From an uncultured Rhizobium sp. (GTDB lineage Bacteria; Pseudomonadota; Alphaproteobacteria; Caulobacterales; Hyphomonadaceae), in contig CAZTMG010000011.1 of the NCBI GenBank assembly GCA_964614815.1, positions 1 to 26,289 on the forward strand: a stretch of DNA of 26,289 nucleotides. The letters are read 5' to 3'. The position numbers and the translations under genes are program-made. How positions within the stretch are numbered: the first letter of the stretch is position 1; each line of letters begins with the position of its first letter. This document shows positions 14,757-23,896 of this stretch, one piece after another. The notes beneath the pieces are model-generated. The model was not told the origin of the DNA and ran no database searches. It was given only the letters and a program-made list of their open reading frames with translations.

Positions 14757-15379
14757 GCGGGTTTCATGAGGTGAGCCTGCCGCTGGCGCTGGCCATCGGC
14801 GCGGCTGGCGGGCCGGAGCGCGTCGTGGATGTGGTTCGCCTGGCGTCGGGCGCTGAAAGCCGGAATGCACGCTGGGCAGGATCGCGACGTAGGTGGGAGG
14901 TCGGCGGAGTCGCGCTGGGGTCAGACGAGGCGCATGCTCTGGTGACGTTCTTCGAGGCGCGGGGCGGGCGGATGCATGGCTTCCGCTTTCGCGACCCGGT
15001 GGACTGGAAGAGCTGCGCGCCGGGCGCTGCGATCAGCGCGACGGACCAGCCGCTGGGCGTTGGCGATGGCGTGGAGACCCGGTTCCAGTTGACGAAGCGC
15101 TACGAGAGCGGCGGGGCGTTCGCCGACCGGACGATCCGTAAGCCCGTGGCGGGAAGCGTTGTAGCGGCCGTGGATGGCGCAGCGACCGTGGCGTTTGTGG
15201 TCGATACCGTGACGGGGATCGTGACGTTCGATGCGCCGCCGGCGAACGGCGCAGTGCTGACGGCCGGGTTTGCATTCGACGTGCCGGTGCGTTTCGACAT
15301 CGACCGGCTGGAGATGGCGCTCCTGGGGCGCGAGGCGGTGCGCGTGCTGCGCGCGCCGGTGGTCGAGATCGAGGAATAG
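14753..15379 (+). CDS. Distal tail protein (GTA g12, DUF2460/TIGR02217), 208 aa
   Basis: FHEV..P...A.GA.GGPE, E.RNARW..SRRRW, FFEAR.GR.HGFRFRDP.DWKS, FQL.KRY, TAGF.FDVPVRFD.DRL. Confidence 0.95.
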   Translation: MSGFHEVSLPLALAIGAAGGPERVVDVVRLASGAESRNARWAGSRRRWEVGGVALGSDEAHALVTFFEARGGRMHGFRFRDPVDWKSCAPGAAISATDQPLGVGDGVETRFQLTKRYESGGAFADRTIRKPVAGSVVAAVDGAATVAFVVDTVTGIVTFDAPPANGAVLTAGFAFDVPVRFDIDRLEMALLGREAVRVLRAPVVEIEE

Positions 15380-15382
15380 ACA

Positions 15383-16255
15383 ATGAGGCAGATCAGTGAG
15401 GCGTTCGCCGCCAGGCTGGCGGCGGATGCGACGACGCTGTGCGCGTGCTGGCGATTCACGCTCAGCGATGGCGCAGTGTTCGGCGCGACGGATCATGACC
15501 GCGCGCTGACCTTTGAAGGCGTGACGTTCGAGCCGGCGGCCGGACTGGCGGGCGCGACATTCGAGAGCGGGAGCGGGCTGGCGCCGGGGCGATGCGCGGC
15601 GGAAGGGGCGGTGTCGCTCGATTTCGTCACCGCGGCGGATATCGATGCAGGCCTATGGGACGGGGCGCGGGTGGACGTCTGGCGCGTCGACTGGGCGGCG
15701 CCCGAGCACCGGGTGATGATCTGGTCGGGGCGGTTGTCCGAGATATCGCGGCGTGGGGCGGCCTTTGCGGCGGAGCTGGTAAGTCTCAAGGCGGGTCTGG
15801 AGCAGAGGATCGGGCGTGTCTATTCGCGCAGCTGCGATGCCGATGTGGGCGATGCACGGTGCGGCGTGGATCTCGCCGATGCGGCCTACCGGGCGGAGGG
15901 CGTCGTCACGCAGCTCATCGGCGCACAGAGGTTTCTGGCGAGCGGACTGGGCGGGTTTGAACACGCCTGGTTCACGGGCGGCGTCCTGACCTGGACCGGC
16001 GGGGCGAATGCGGGGCGCGCCATGCGCGTGTCGCGCCACAGCGGAAGCGAGATCGAACTGGCCCGCGCGCCGCGGCTTGCTGTGGACGAGGGTGATGCGT
16101 TTGTCGTCACGGCGGGGTGCGACAAGAGCTTTGCGATGTGTGGCGCGCGATTTGGAAATCGTCTGAACTTCCGTGGCTTTCCACACATGCCAGGACCCGA
16201 GGCCGTGCTTGCCGGACCTGCGGCAGGCGGGAATGACGGCGGGAGGCGCGGATGA
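15383..16255 (+). CDS. Baseplate hub protein (GTA g13, DUF2163/TIGR02218), 290 aa
   Basis: TTLCACWR....DG..FG.TDHD, G.WDGA.V..WRVDW, CDA.VGDARC, GCDK.F..C..RF.N..NFRGFPHMPG (conserved Cys set). Confidence 0.95.
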   Translation: MRQISEAFAARLAADATTLCACWRFTLSDGAVFGATDHDRALTFEGVTFEPAAGLAGATFESGSGLAPGRCAAEGAVSLDFVTAADIDAGLWDGARVDVWRVDWAAPEHRVMIWSGRLSEISRRGAAFAAELVSLKAGLEQRIGRVYSRSCDADVGDARCGVDLADAAYRAEGVVTQLIGAQRFLASGLGGFEHAWFTGGVLTWTGGANAGRAMRVSRHSGSEIELARAPRLAVDEGDAFVVTAGCDKSFAMCGARFGNRLNFRGFPHMPGPEAVLAGPAAGGNDGGRRG

Positions 16256-16698
16256 GCGGATTATCGCGCGCCGCCATCGTCGACGAGGCGCGACGGTGGA
16301 TCGGGACGCCCTACCGCCACCAGGCCAGCGTGCTGGGCGTGGGAGCCGATTGCCTTGGCCTCGTTCGCGGGGTGTGGCGCGGGGTGATCGGACCGGAGCC
16401 GGTCAAGGCGCCGCCCTATACGCCGGACTGGGCGGAGATGCGGGGCGGCGACCACCTTATGGAAGCTGCGCGACGCTGGCTGACGGAGATACCTGTCGGG
16501 GCTGCGAGCGCAGGCGACGTGTTGCTGTTCCGCATGGCGCTGGGCGCGCCGGCGAAGCATGCAGCGATCGTCAGCGGGACCGAGCGGATCATCCATGCCT
16601 ATTGGGGGCGGTCGGTCTGTCAGACCCATCTCGTGCCGTGGTGGCGGCGACGGATCGCGGCGGCATTTTCATTTCCGGGAGTTGAGGCTGATGGCTGA
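16252..16698 (+). CDS. NlpC/P60 cell-wall peptidase (GTA g14, TIGR02219), 148 aa
   Basis: ARRWIGTPYRHQAS..G.GADCLGLVRGVWR (catalytic Cys), Y.PDW, GDVLLFRM, AKHAAI, IIHAY. Confidence 0.95.
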   Translation: MSGLSRAAIVDEARRWIGTPYRHQASVLGVGADCLGLVRGVWRGVIGPEPVKAPPYTPDWAEMRGGDHLMEAARRWLTEIPVGAASAGDVLLFRMALGAPAKHAAIVSGTERIIHAYWGRSVCQTHLVPWWRRRIAAAFSFPGVEADG

Positions 16699-19600
16699 AC
16701 TCGTTCTGAGTCGCGTGGGCGCGGAGGTCGGGAAGGCGTTTCTGCCGAAGGGATTTGCAGTCCTTGCGCAGGCGGCGGGGCGCCTGGCGGGAGGGATGCT
16801 CGACAGGCAGTTCCTGTCGCCGCCGGTGGAGGGGCCGCGTGTGCAGGCGTTCCACCTCACGGAAGGACGCGAGGGCGCCGGGATTCCCCTGGTGTACGGA
16901 CGCTTCCGCGTTGGCGCTCAGCTGATCTGGGCGGCAAACTTCAAGGAGCGGCGCGAGGTGGAAGGCGGAAAGGGCGGACCGCGCGTGGCGGACTATTCCT
17001 ACACGTTGAGCTTTGCCGTGGGGCTGTGCGAGGGCGAGATCGCGCGCGTGTCCCGCTGCTGGGCGAACGGGGCGCCGTTCGACCTTTCGCAGGTGACGTG
17101 GCGGCTCCATCACGGGACGGAGGACCAGGCGCCCGATCCGCTGATCGAGGCCATCGAGGGCGAAGCGCCCGCCTATCGCGGTCTCGCCTACATCGTGTTC
17201 GAGGACATGCCGGTCGATGCATTCGGAGCACGCATGCCGCAGCTGTCGTTCGAGATCGTGCGGCCTGCGGGCGGCGGAGCGGAGCGAATGGAGAATGTGA
17301 TCCGCGCAGTGAACATCATCCCGGGATCCGGAGAGTTTTCGCTGGCGACGGACATCGTTAAGCGAAGGACCGGGCCAGGGCGCGAGACGGCGGAAAACCT
17401 GCACGGTCCGGAGGTGAAGAGCGATTTCGAGGCGTCGCTGGACCAGCTGGAGGCGGAGCTGCCGAACGTGTCGCGCGTGAACCTCGTCGTTGCGTGGTTC
17501 GGGACGGACTTGCGATGCGGGGAGTGCCTGGTGCGTCCGGGCGTGGAGATTGCGGCGAAAACGACCGTTCCGCATGCATGGAGCGTTGCGGGGATGGCGC
17601 GACATGCCGCGCATGTGATCTCGACCACGGGCGGGCGCGCGAACTATGGCGGAACGCCCTCGGACACAAGCGTGCGACAGGCGATCGCCCTGCTGAAGGC
17701 GCGGGGATATCACGTGACGCTCTATCCCTTCCTGCTGATGGACGTCCCGGCTGGGAACGGGTTGCCCGATCCCCATGGCGGCGATGAGCAGCCAGCGTTT
17801 CCGTGGCGCGGGCGAATAACCGCGGTTGCGGGAGACGTCAGCGCGCAAGTGGAAGCGTTCTTTGCGCGGTATCGGGAGATGGTGCTGCACTATGCCGGCA
17901 TAGGCGCGCAAGAGGGCGTCGACGGCGTTCTGATCGGATCGGAACTGGTGGGACTGACGCGGTTGCAGGCAGGCGCAGATTTCCCCGCGGTGACCGCGCT
18001 GTGTGCGCTCGCGGAGGATGTACGCTCTGTCGCCGGGGCGGACATCGAAGTGAGTTATGCTGCGGACTGGACGGAGTATGGCGCGCATGTCGTTGGCGGT
18101 GATGTGACATTCCCGCTCGACGCGCTCTGGGCGCATCCGGCGATCAGCTATGTCGGACTCGACTGGTATGCGCCGATGGCCGACTGGCGCGACGGGGATG
18201 GTCACGCGGACGCCGCCTTCGGGGATGGACGGTCAATCGCCTATCTGACGGGCAACGTTGCAGGAGGCGAGGCGTTCGACTGGTATTACGCTGACGTCGA
18301 GGGGCGGCTGGCGCAGGACCGTCTTGCCATCACGGATGGAGCGCATGGCGAGCCGTGGGTGTTCCGGCAGAAGGACATTCGCAGCTGGTGGGGCAATGCA
18401 CATCATCCGCGAACGGACGGCGTTCGCGCGGAGACGCACACTGCCTGGACGCCCGGAATGAAGCCGGTGCGCTTTGTCGAAATGGGCGTGCCTGCGGTCG
18501 ATCGTGGCGCGAACCAACCGAATGTGTTCTACGACCCCAAGAGTTCGGAGAGTTCGCTCCCGCACTTCTCCGACGGATCGCGCGACGATGTGATCCAACG
18601 CCGGGCGATCGAGGCTTTCCATGCGTTCTGGAGGGACACTGGGAACAATCCCGCATCGACCGTGTATGACGGCCGAATGCTGCCTGAGGACGGCGTTGTC
18701 CTGTGGGCCTGGGACGCGCGGCCGTTCCCTGCCTTTCCGGGCCGCAGCGATGTGTGGAGCGACTCAGACAACTGGCGACTTGGGCACTGGCTCAACGGAC
18801 GTGCGGGAGCGGCGATGCTGGCCGATGTGGTTGCAGACGTGGGCCTGCGCGCCGGCGTACGCTTCGACACGACAGATCTCGTTGGCGTTGTATCCGGTTA
18901 TGGCCTTGTCGGACCAGCGAGCGCACGGGACGTTCTGGAGCCGCTGGCGTTGGCTCACGGTGTCGATGCGGTCGAGCATGACGGCATGATCCATTTCCGG
19001 ATGCGCGGCGAAGCGAGCTTCACGATCGATGGCGGACGACTTGTGGCGGAGGATGGGCCGGAGAGGGTCATGGCGCGAGCCGGCCTGGAGCAGGACGAGG
19101 CTGTGGTGCGGCTGGGCTTTGTCAATGCGGAGCAGGAATATGAGCCTGGGCTCGCGCTTTCGACGGGCGGCGCAGATGCGCGTCTGGTCGATGTCGAACT
19201 CGCCCTGGCCATGGATCGCGGGCAGGCGCAGCGCTGCGTCGAACGGCTGGCGCAGGATTTGATGCTGGGACGCGAGCGGGTGCGGTTCGCGATGGCGGCG
19301 GATGGCGCCGTCATCGAGCCGGGTGATGTGGTGACGCTCGATGGGGAAACGTGGCGCATTGTCGAGATTGGCGATGGGCGTACCGTTGCCTTTGAAGCCG
19401 TGCGGGCAGGGAATTCTGAAGCTCCTGTGCTGACGCCGGCGGCGCCGTCGGCTGCGGCGCCTGTGGCGCCGGAAGCCGAACCGGATGTCGTGATCGTGGA
19501 TGCGCCGCCCTTGCAGGGGGAAGAGAATGATCTGCGTCCGCTGGCCTTCGTGTTTGCGGAGCCGTGGACAGGGCCCGTCACGTTCCGGGCAGGCGCCGAG

Positions 19601-20374
19601 GCCGGCCAGCTGACGGAACGCGGACGCGTAGGGCGGCCATGTGTGATGGGCCGCCTGATCGGCGCGATGTATCCCCACGTTTCAGGACGGTGGCAGGAGG
19701 CGTCGATCTGGGTGAGCGTTGCGGGTGGCGCGCTGCCGTCGGCGACGCGGGCAAGCGTACTCAATGGGGCGAACAGGGCGCTGGTCGAGACGGAAGCTGG
19801 CTGGGAGATGATCCAGTTCGAGGAGGCTGAACTCGTCGATGTGGAGACGTATCGGCTCACAAACCTGTTGCGGGGCCAGCAGGGGTCGGAAGAAGCCATG
19901 AAGGCCGGGGCTCCCGCGGACGCGCGGATCGTGTTTCTCACGGGCGCGGAGCAGCGGCTGGAAGTGGCTGAGTGGGAGCAGGGAGTCCCGCTTGAATGGC
20001 GCGCCGGCGAGGCATCGGGCGTATACAATCACGCAGCCAAGGCGGGCCGCCCCTGGTCTCCCGCCCATTTGCGCGCGCGGCGGGACGAGGGGGACATCAT
20101 CCTCTCATGGACGCGGCGAGCGCGGACCGGCGGCGACTGGTGGGGAGGCGGGGAGCCCCCGGGGGAGGGGGCGGAGGTCTACCTGATACGCGTCACAGGA
20201 GGAGAATCGTCGCGGGAGTGGCAATCCGCAACGTCATCGGCAATCTATCGGGCCCTGGATCAGGCAGCGGATTTTCCCGGGGGAGGCGTGGCCCTGATCG
20301 AGGTGGCGCAAGCCGGGCGGCATGGCGAGCCCGGAGCCTGGAGCCGGGTTGAAGTCGCCATTCCCGCATCGTAA
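16691..20374 (+). CDS. Megatron / host-specificity baseplate protein (GTA g15; TIM-barrel and phage-tail domains), 1227 aa
   Basis: EGAGIP.VYGR.RVG.QLIWA, PAYRGLAYIVFED, IPGSGEF, WFG.DLRCGEC, GGTPSD.SV, YAADWTEY, KPVRFVEMG.PAVDRGANQPNVFYDPKSSES, WDARPFP.FP, W.LGHWLNGR, LRGQQGSE, W.RRAR.GGD.W. Start ATG 16691. Confidence 0.95.
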   Translation: MAELVLSRVGAEVGKAFLPKGFAVLAQAAGRLAGGMLDRQFLSPPVEGPRVQAFHLTEGREGAGIPLVYGRFRVGAQLIWAANFKERREVEGGKGGPRVADYSYTLSFAVGLCEGEIARVSRCWANGAPFDLSQVTWRLHHGTEDQAPDPLIEAIEGEAPAYRGLAYIVFEDMPVDAFGARMPQLSFEIVRPAGGGAERMENVIRAVNIIPGSGEFSLATDIVKRRTGPGRETAENLHGPEVKSDFEASLDQLEAELPNVSRVNLVVAWFGTDLRCGECLVRPGVEIAAKTTVPHAWSVAGMARHAAHVISTTGGRANYGGTPSDTSVRQAIALLKARGYHVTLYPFLLMDVPAGNGLPDPHGGDEQPAFPWRGRITAVAGDVSAQVEAFFARYREMVLHYAGIGAQEGVDGVLIGSELVGLTRLQAGADFPAVTALCALAEDVRSVAGADIEVSYAADWTEYGAHVVGGDVTFPLDALWAHPAISYVGLDWYAPMADWRDGDGHADAAFGDGRSIAYLTGNVAGGEAFDWYYADVEGRLAQDRLAITDGAHGEPWVFRQKDIRSWWGNAHHPRTDGVRAETHTAWTPGMKPVRFVEMGVPAVDRGANQPNVFYDPKSSESSLPHFSDGSRDDVIQRRAIEAFHAFWRDTGNNPASTVYDGRMLPEDGVVLWAWDARPFPAFPGRSDVWSDSDNWRLGHWLNGRAGAAMLADVVADVGLRAGVRFDTTDLVGVVSGYGLVGPASARDVLEPLALAHGVDAVEHDGMIHFRMRGEASFTIDGGRLVAEDGPERVMARAGLEQDEAVVRLGFVNAEQEYEPGLALSTGGADARLVDVELALAMDRGQAQRCVERLAQDLMLGRERVRFAMAADGAVIEPGDVVTLDGETWRIVEIGDGRTVAFEAVRAGNSEAPVLTPAAPSAAAPVAPEAEPDVVIVDAPPLQGEENDLRPLAFVFAEPWTGPVTFRAGAEAGQLTERGRVGRPCVMGRLIGAMYPHVSGRWQEASIWVSVAGGALPSATRASVLNGANRALVETEAGWEMIQFEEAELVDVETYRLTNLLRGQQGSEEAMKAGAPADARIVFLTGAEQRLEVAEWEQGVPLEWRAGEASGVYNHAAKAGRPWSPAHLRARRDEGDIILSWTRRARTGGDWWGGGEPPGEGAEVYLIRVTGGESSREWQSATSSAIYRALDQAADFPGGGVALIEVAQAGRHGEPGAWSRVEVAIPAS

Positions 20375-20479
20375 GGGGGGAGAAACCTTCAGTTTCGCCC
20401 AAAAATACCCATCTTCTCGCTTGTCTTGCGGGGGGAAGAGGTCCCACGTTGGGGGCCAGACGTTCGCCAAGGGTCGTCA

Positions 20480-21373
20480 GTGAGTTGGGATCCCTATGCC
20501 GCGCTAGGAGTGCCCAAATCCTCCAGCGCCGAGGAAATCAGGAAGGCCTATCGCAAGCTCGCCAAGGAGCTGCATCCAGACGTGCGCCCGAATGACAAGG
20601 CGTCGGCGGAGCGATTCAAGCGGGCGACGGCGGCTTTCAACCTGTTGATGGACGAGTCGCTCCGGGGCCGCTTCGATCGCGGCGAGATCGACGCCGACGG
20701 CAATGAGCGGCCGCAATTCCAGGCGGGCGCAGGCTTTGGCGGGTTTGCCGGAGCAGGCGCCGGCGCACGGGCGCGCGGAGGACGGGGCGATGTGTTCGAG
20801 GACCTGTTCGACGGGCTGTTCAGCCGGGGAGGCGGCGCACGCGGCTTTGGCCAGCAGCGCGGCGAGGATGTGCGTTATCGCATGGAGGTGGATTTTCTCG
20901 ATGCGGTGAACGGCGGGAAGCGTCGCGTGACCATGTCGGACGGGCGGACGCTCGATCTGGCGATTCCGGCGGGGCTGACATCCGGCCAGACCCTGCGCCT
21001 GAAAGGACAGGGCCTTCCCGGAATTGGCGGCGGACCGCCAGGCGATGCACTGGTCGAGATCAGGGTGGGTGAGCATCCGCTGTTCAGGCGGGATGGCGAC
21101 GACATTCGCATGGACCTGAGAATCTCCCTGGCCGAGGCCGTGGAGGGCGGGCGCGTGCCGGTCAACACGCCGTCGGGCATGGTAACCATGTCCGTGCCGG
21201 CCGGGTCGAGTTCCGGCGATATCCTCAAGCTGCGCGGCAAGGGCGTGCAGACGCGGCCTACGCCGGGGGACCTGCTGGTGCGACTCATGATCGTGCTGCC
21301 GCGCAAGGATGACCCGGAGTTGCGCGAATTCGTGCGGACATGGTCTGGCCGCAAGACCGAAATCCAGCGGTGA
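20480..21373 (+). CDS. Class II DnaJ-family co-chaperone (CbpA-like), 297 aa
   Basis: J-domain with HPD, G/F-rich linker, DnaJ C-terminal domain, no Zn finger; GTG start at 20480. Confidence 0.92.
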   Translation: MSWDPYAALGVPKSSSAEEIRKAYRKLAKELHPDVRPNDKASAERFKRATAAFNLLMDESLRGRFDRGEIDADGNERPQFQAGAGFGGFAGAGAGARARGGRGDVFEDLFDGLFSRGGGARGFGQQRGEDVRYRMEVDFLDAVNGGKRRVTMSDGRTLDLAIPAGLTSGQTLRLKGQGLPGIGGGPPGDALVEIRVGEHPLFRRDGDDIRMDLRISLAEAVEGGRVPVNTPSGMVTMSVPAGSSSGDILKLRGKGVQTRPTPGDLLVRLMIVLPRKDDPELREFVRTWSGRKTEIQR

Positions 21374-21434
21374 TCCCCGTGTCGGGGAAGGCAAAGGCAG
21401 TGAAAACTGAAAGGTTTTCCTGCGTGATGCAGTC

Positions 21435-21450
21435 GTTCAGACGGGGTTCA
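21435..21450 (+). promoter_or_regulatory. 11-bp-spaced direct repeat GTTCA-N6-GTTCA upstream of the PepSY-RR-HK operon
   Basis: GTTCAGACGGGGTTCA; fits an OmpR-type tandem box and also the alphaproteobacterial LexA consensus GTTC-N7-GTTC. Confidence 0.4.
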
Positions 21451-21454
21451 CGCT

Positions 21455-21784
21455 ATGGGCGTTAAATCCGGCCTCATGTTCCGCAAGGCCCTGATTTCGC
21501 TGATGGCCGCCCTGCTTGCCGCAGGCGGCGCTGTCGCTCCCGCCGAGGCCCAGCGGGGGCAACGCGGCGACTCGCCGTTCAACCAATGGGACCAGCCCCG
21601 CGAGGAACGAATGCCCGAGCGGGAGGTCTCGCTCAGCGAGGTGCTCCGCGACCTGCGGATGAAATACGGCGGCCGGCACCTCGATGCGCGGAAGGCGGGC
21701 GGCTACTACATCATTGCCTGGATGACGGAGGATGGACGCCGCCTGAACATCCGGGTGAACGCCCAGACTGGCCGTGAAGACTAA
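21455..21784 (+). CDS. Exported PepSY-like protein (FeuN-like modulator)
   Basis: Signal peptide ending AEA-Q; C-terminal SLSEVLR.L...YGGR.LDA...Y.I.W.T.DGRRL.I.VNAQTG. The start may be ATG 21476. Confidence 0.75.
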   Translation: MGVKSGLMFRKALISLMAALLAAGGAVAPAEAQRGQRGDSPFNQWDQPREERMPEREVSLSEVLRDLRMKYGGRHLDARKAGGYYIIAWMTEDGRRLNIRVNAQTGRED

Positions 21785-21804
21785 GACATCCCAAGGATTC
21801 TGGC

Positions 21805-22485
21805 ATGAGAGTTCTAGTCGTCGAGGACGATCCCGATCTGGGCCGGCAGCTGACAGACGCGCTGTCGCAGAACGGCTATGCCGTCGACCTGGCGCCGGAT
21901 GGAGAGGAAGGTCATTTCCTCGGCGACACCGAGCCTTATGACGCCGTGGTGCTCGACCTGGGCCTGCCGAAGATGGATGGCGTGCGCGTGCTGGAAAAAT
22001 GGCGCGCGGCTGGAAAGGACATGCCGGTGCTGATCCTGACGGCGCGCGATCGCTGGAGCGAGAAGGTGGCCGGATTCGATGCGGGCGCCGACGACTATCT
22101 CACCAAACCCTTCGTGACCGAAGAGCTGCTTGCGCGGCTGCGGGCGCTGATGCGCCGAGCCGCGGGGCATGCAAGTGCGGCGCTTGAATGCGGCGATCTC
22201 AGGGTCGACACCCGCTCGGCGCGGGCGTCTGTCGCGGGCGAGCCCATCAAGCTGACGGCGCACGAGTACAGGGTTCTTTCCTACCTGATGCACCATCAGG
22301 GAAGGGTTGTGCCGCGGACGGAGCTGGTCGAGCACATCTACGACCAGGACTTCGACCGGGATTCCAACACAATCGAGGTGTTTGTCGGCCGCCTGCGGCG
22401 CAAGATCGGCTCCAACCGCATCTTGACGGAACGCGGGCTGGGGTATCGGTTGATTGATCCGAAGGCCGAGAAGATCGTCGACTAG
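21805..22485 (+). CDS. OmpR-family response regulator (FeuP-like), 226 aa
   Basis: MRVLVVEDD, VVLDLGLP (phospho-Asp), GADDYLTKPF, winged helix with SNTIEVFVGRLRRKI, T.RGLGY. Confidence 0.95.
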   Translation: MRVLVVEDDPDLGRQLTDALSQNGYAVDLAPDGEEGHFLGDTEPYDAVVLDLGLPKMDGVRVLEKWRAAGKDMPVLILTARDRWSEKVAGFDAGADDYLTKPFVTEELLARLRALMRRAAGHASAALECGDLRVDTRSARASVAGEPIKLTAHEYRVLSYLMHHQGRVVPRTELVEHIYDQDFDRDSNTIEVFVGRLRRKIGSNRILTERGLGYRLIDPKAEKIVD

Positions 22486-22486
22486 C

Positions 22487-23896
22487 ATGACCGAAATGGC
22501 AGGCGCCGAGACCGAAGGGGCGCGCACGCGCGGCTCCATCGCGCGGCGCATGCTTGTCGCCGCTGCGGTGTGGAGCGCTGCGGTGCTGTTGGTGGCGGGC
22601 TGGTCGCTGCAGGCTTTCTACCGGACCGAGACGGACCACCAGCTCGACCTATCCTTGAACGAGACGCTCACGACGCTTGCCAACGCCGTCAGTTCCGAGG
22701 GCGGCGACGTGCGCTTCGATCTTGACAAGTTGCCGCGCGACGAGCGGTTCAGCCGCGCATTTTCCGGTCGATACTGGGCGTTCCTCGATCTGGATGACGC
22801 GAACGAGGTCGTCGGCCGGCGTGAATCCGACAGCTTCTTCGAGGAAGATCTCGATCTTGCTCCGGCCATTCGCGCCAATGCCGTGGCGCGACCAGGCGTT
22901 ATCCTGCACCAGGATGCGCCGGGACTGGACGACAAGCAGATGCGCATCGGCGTGCAGGCCATTACCTTTCCGGGACGAGCCAACCCCATTCTACTTTACG
23001 CCGGAATCGACAGGACAAGCGCGGACGCCTCGGTCGGGAGCTTCACGCTGCGGCTGGGGGTAGCGCTTGGCGTTCTCGCCCTGGGGCTGATTGTCGGCGT
23101 GCTGGTGCTGATCCGATACGGTCTGAGGCCGTTGCACGAGATACAGGACAAGCTGGGTGATGTGCGCGCGGGGCGACGGGACAATCTGGACGGGGAGTAT
23201 CCCGGAGAACTCCTGCCGCTGGTGAAGGAGATCAACACGCTGATCTCGCACAACCGCGCCGTGGTGCAGCGTGCGCGCACGCACGTCGGCAACCTGGCCC
23301 ACGCGCTGAAAACCCCTCTCGCCGTTCTCAAGAACGAAGCGAAAGGCAGCGACAAGCTGTCCGAACTCGTGCGGCGGCAGACAGAAGCGATGACGAGCAA
23401 CGTCAACTCCTACCTCAAGCGGGCTCAGGCGGCGGCGCAGGCTGAGGTGCTCGGCGCGCGCACGGAAGTCAGGGAGCCCGTTGAAGGGATTGCCCGCATG
23501 CTTGAGCGGCTGCACCGGGACAAAGGCGTGGCCATCGAGGTCGATGTCGATCCCAAGGCGGTGTTCCGGGGCGAACGCGGCGATTTCGATGAACTTGTCG
23601 GGAACCTGTTGGAGAACGCCGCCAAATGGTGCAAATCGCGGGTCAATGTGTCGGTGATACGGAACGATGACGGCATGGAGGTGATTGTGGACGATGATGG
23701 TCCCGGCCTTCCGCCCGAGCATCGCGCCAAGGCGCTGGAACGCGGCAAGCGGCTCGATGAAACCGCGCCGGGAACGGGTCTGGGATTGTCTATCGTGAAC
23801 GAACTCGCCGATATCTACGGTGGAAGCTTTCATCTCGAAGACAGCCCGATCGGCGGCTTGCGGGCGCGCCTTGTCCTGCCGGCGGCGCCGTTGTGA
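22487..23896 (+). CDS. Membrane sensor histidine kinase (FeuQ-like), 469 aa
   Basis: Two TM segments, HAMP, H-box NLAHALKTPL, GNLLENAAKW, DDDGPG, GTGLGL, GGL. Start ATG 22487. Confidence 0.95.
   Translation: MTEMAGAETEGARTRGSIARRMLVAAAVWSAAVLLVAGWSLQAFYRTETDHQLDLSLNETLTTLANAVSSEGGDVRFDLDKLPRDERFSRAFSGRYWAFLDLDDANEVVGRRESDSFFEEDLDLAPAIRANAVARPGVILHQDAPGLDDKQMRIGVQAITFPGRANPILLYAGIDRTSADASVGSFTLRLGVALGVLALGLIVGVLVLIRYGLRPLHEIQDKLGDVRAGRRDNLDGEYPGELLPLVKEINTLISHNRAVVQRARTHVGNLAHALKTPLAVLKNEAKGSDKLSELVRRQTEAMTSNVNSYLKRAQAAAQAEVLGARTEVREPVEGIARMLERLHRDKGVAIEVDVDPKAVFRGERGDFDELVGNLLENAAKWCKSRVNVSVIRNDDGMEVIVDDDGPGLPPEHRAKALERGKRLDETAPGTGLGLSIVNELADIYGGSFHLEDSPIGGLRARLVLPAAPL

Larger units (their letters stand above)
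295..20374 (+). mobile_element. RcGTA-like gene transfer agent head-tail cluster (domesticated phage-derived), interrupted by non-GTA genes; terminase not in window
   Basis: Genes follow RcGTA order: portal, g3.5, protease, capsid, adaptor, tail terminator, tail tube, TMP, distal tail, hub, NlpC/P60, megatron. Proteins are Ala/Gly-rich. No integrase, replication or phage repressor genes recognised; flanked on the right by housekeeping genes. Confidence 0.9.

Noticed and set aside
4839-18205. Very long antisense or alternate-frame ORFs (e.g. 4839-6242, 9886-11289, 10511-11917, 16589-18205)
   Set aside because: Shadows of well-supported genes; Arg/Pro/Ala-rich translations with no motifs.
295-20374. 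Intact temperate prophage
   Set aside because: No integrase, replication, phage repressor or endolysin genes recognised, and no att repeats; gene set and order match RcGTA-type clusters.
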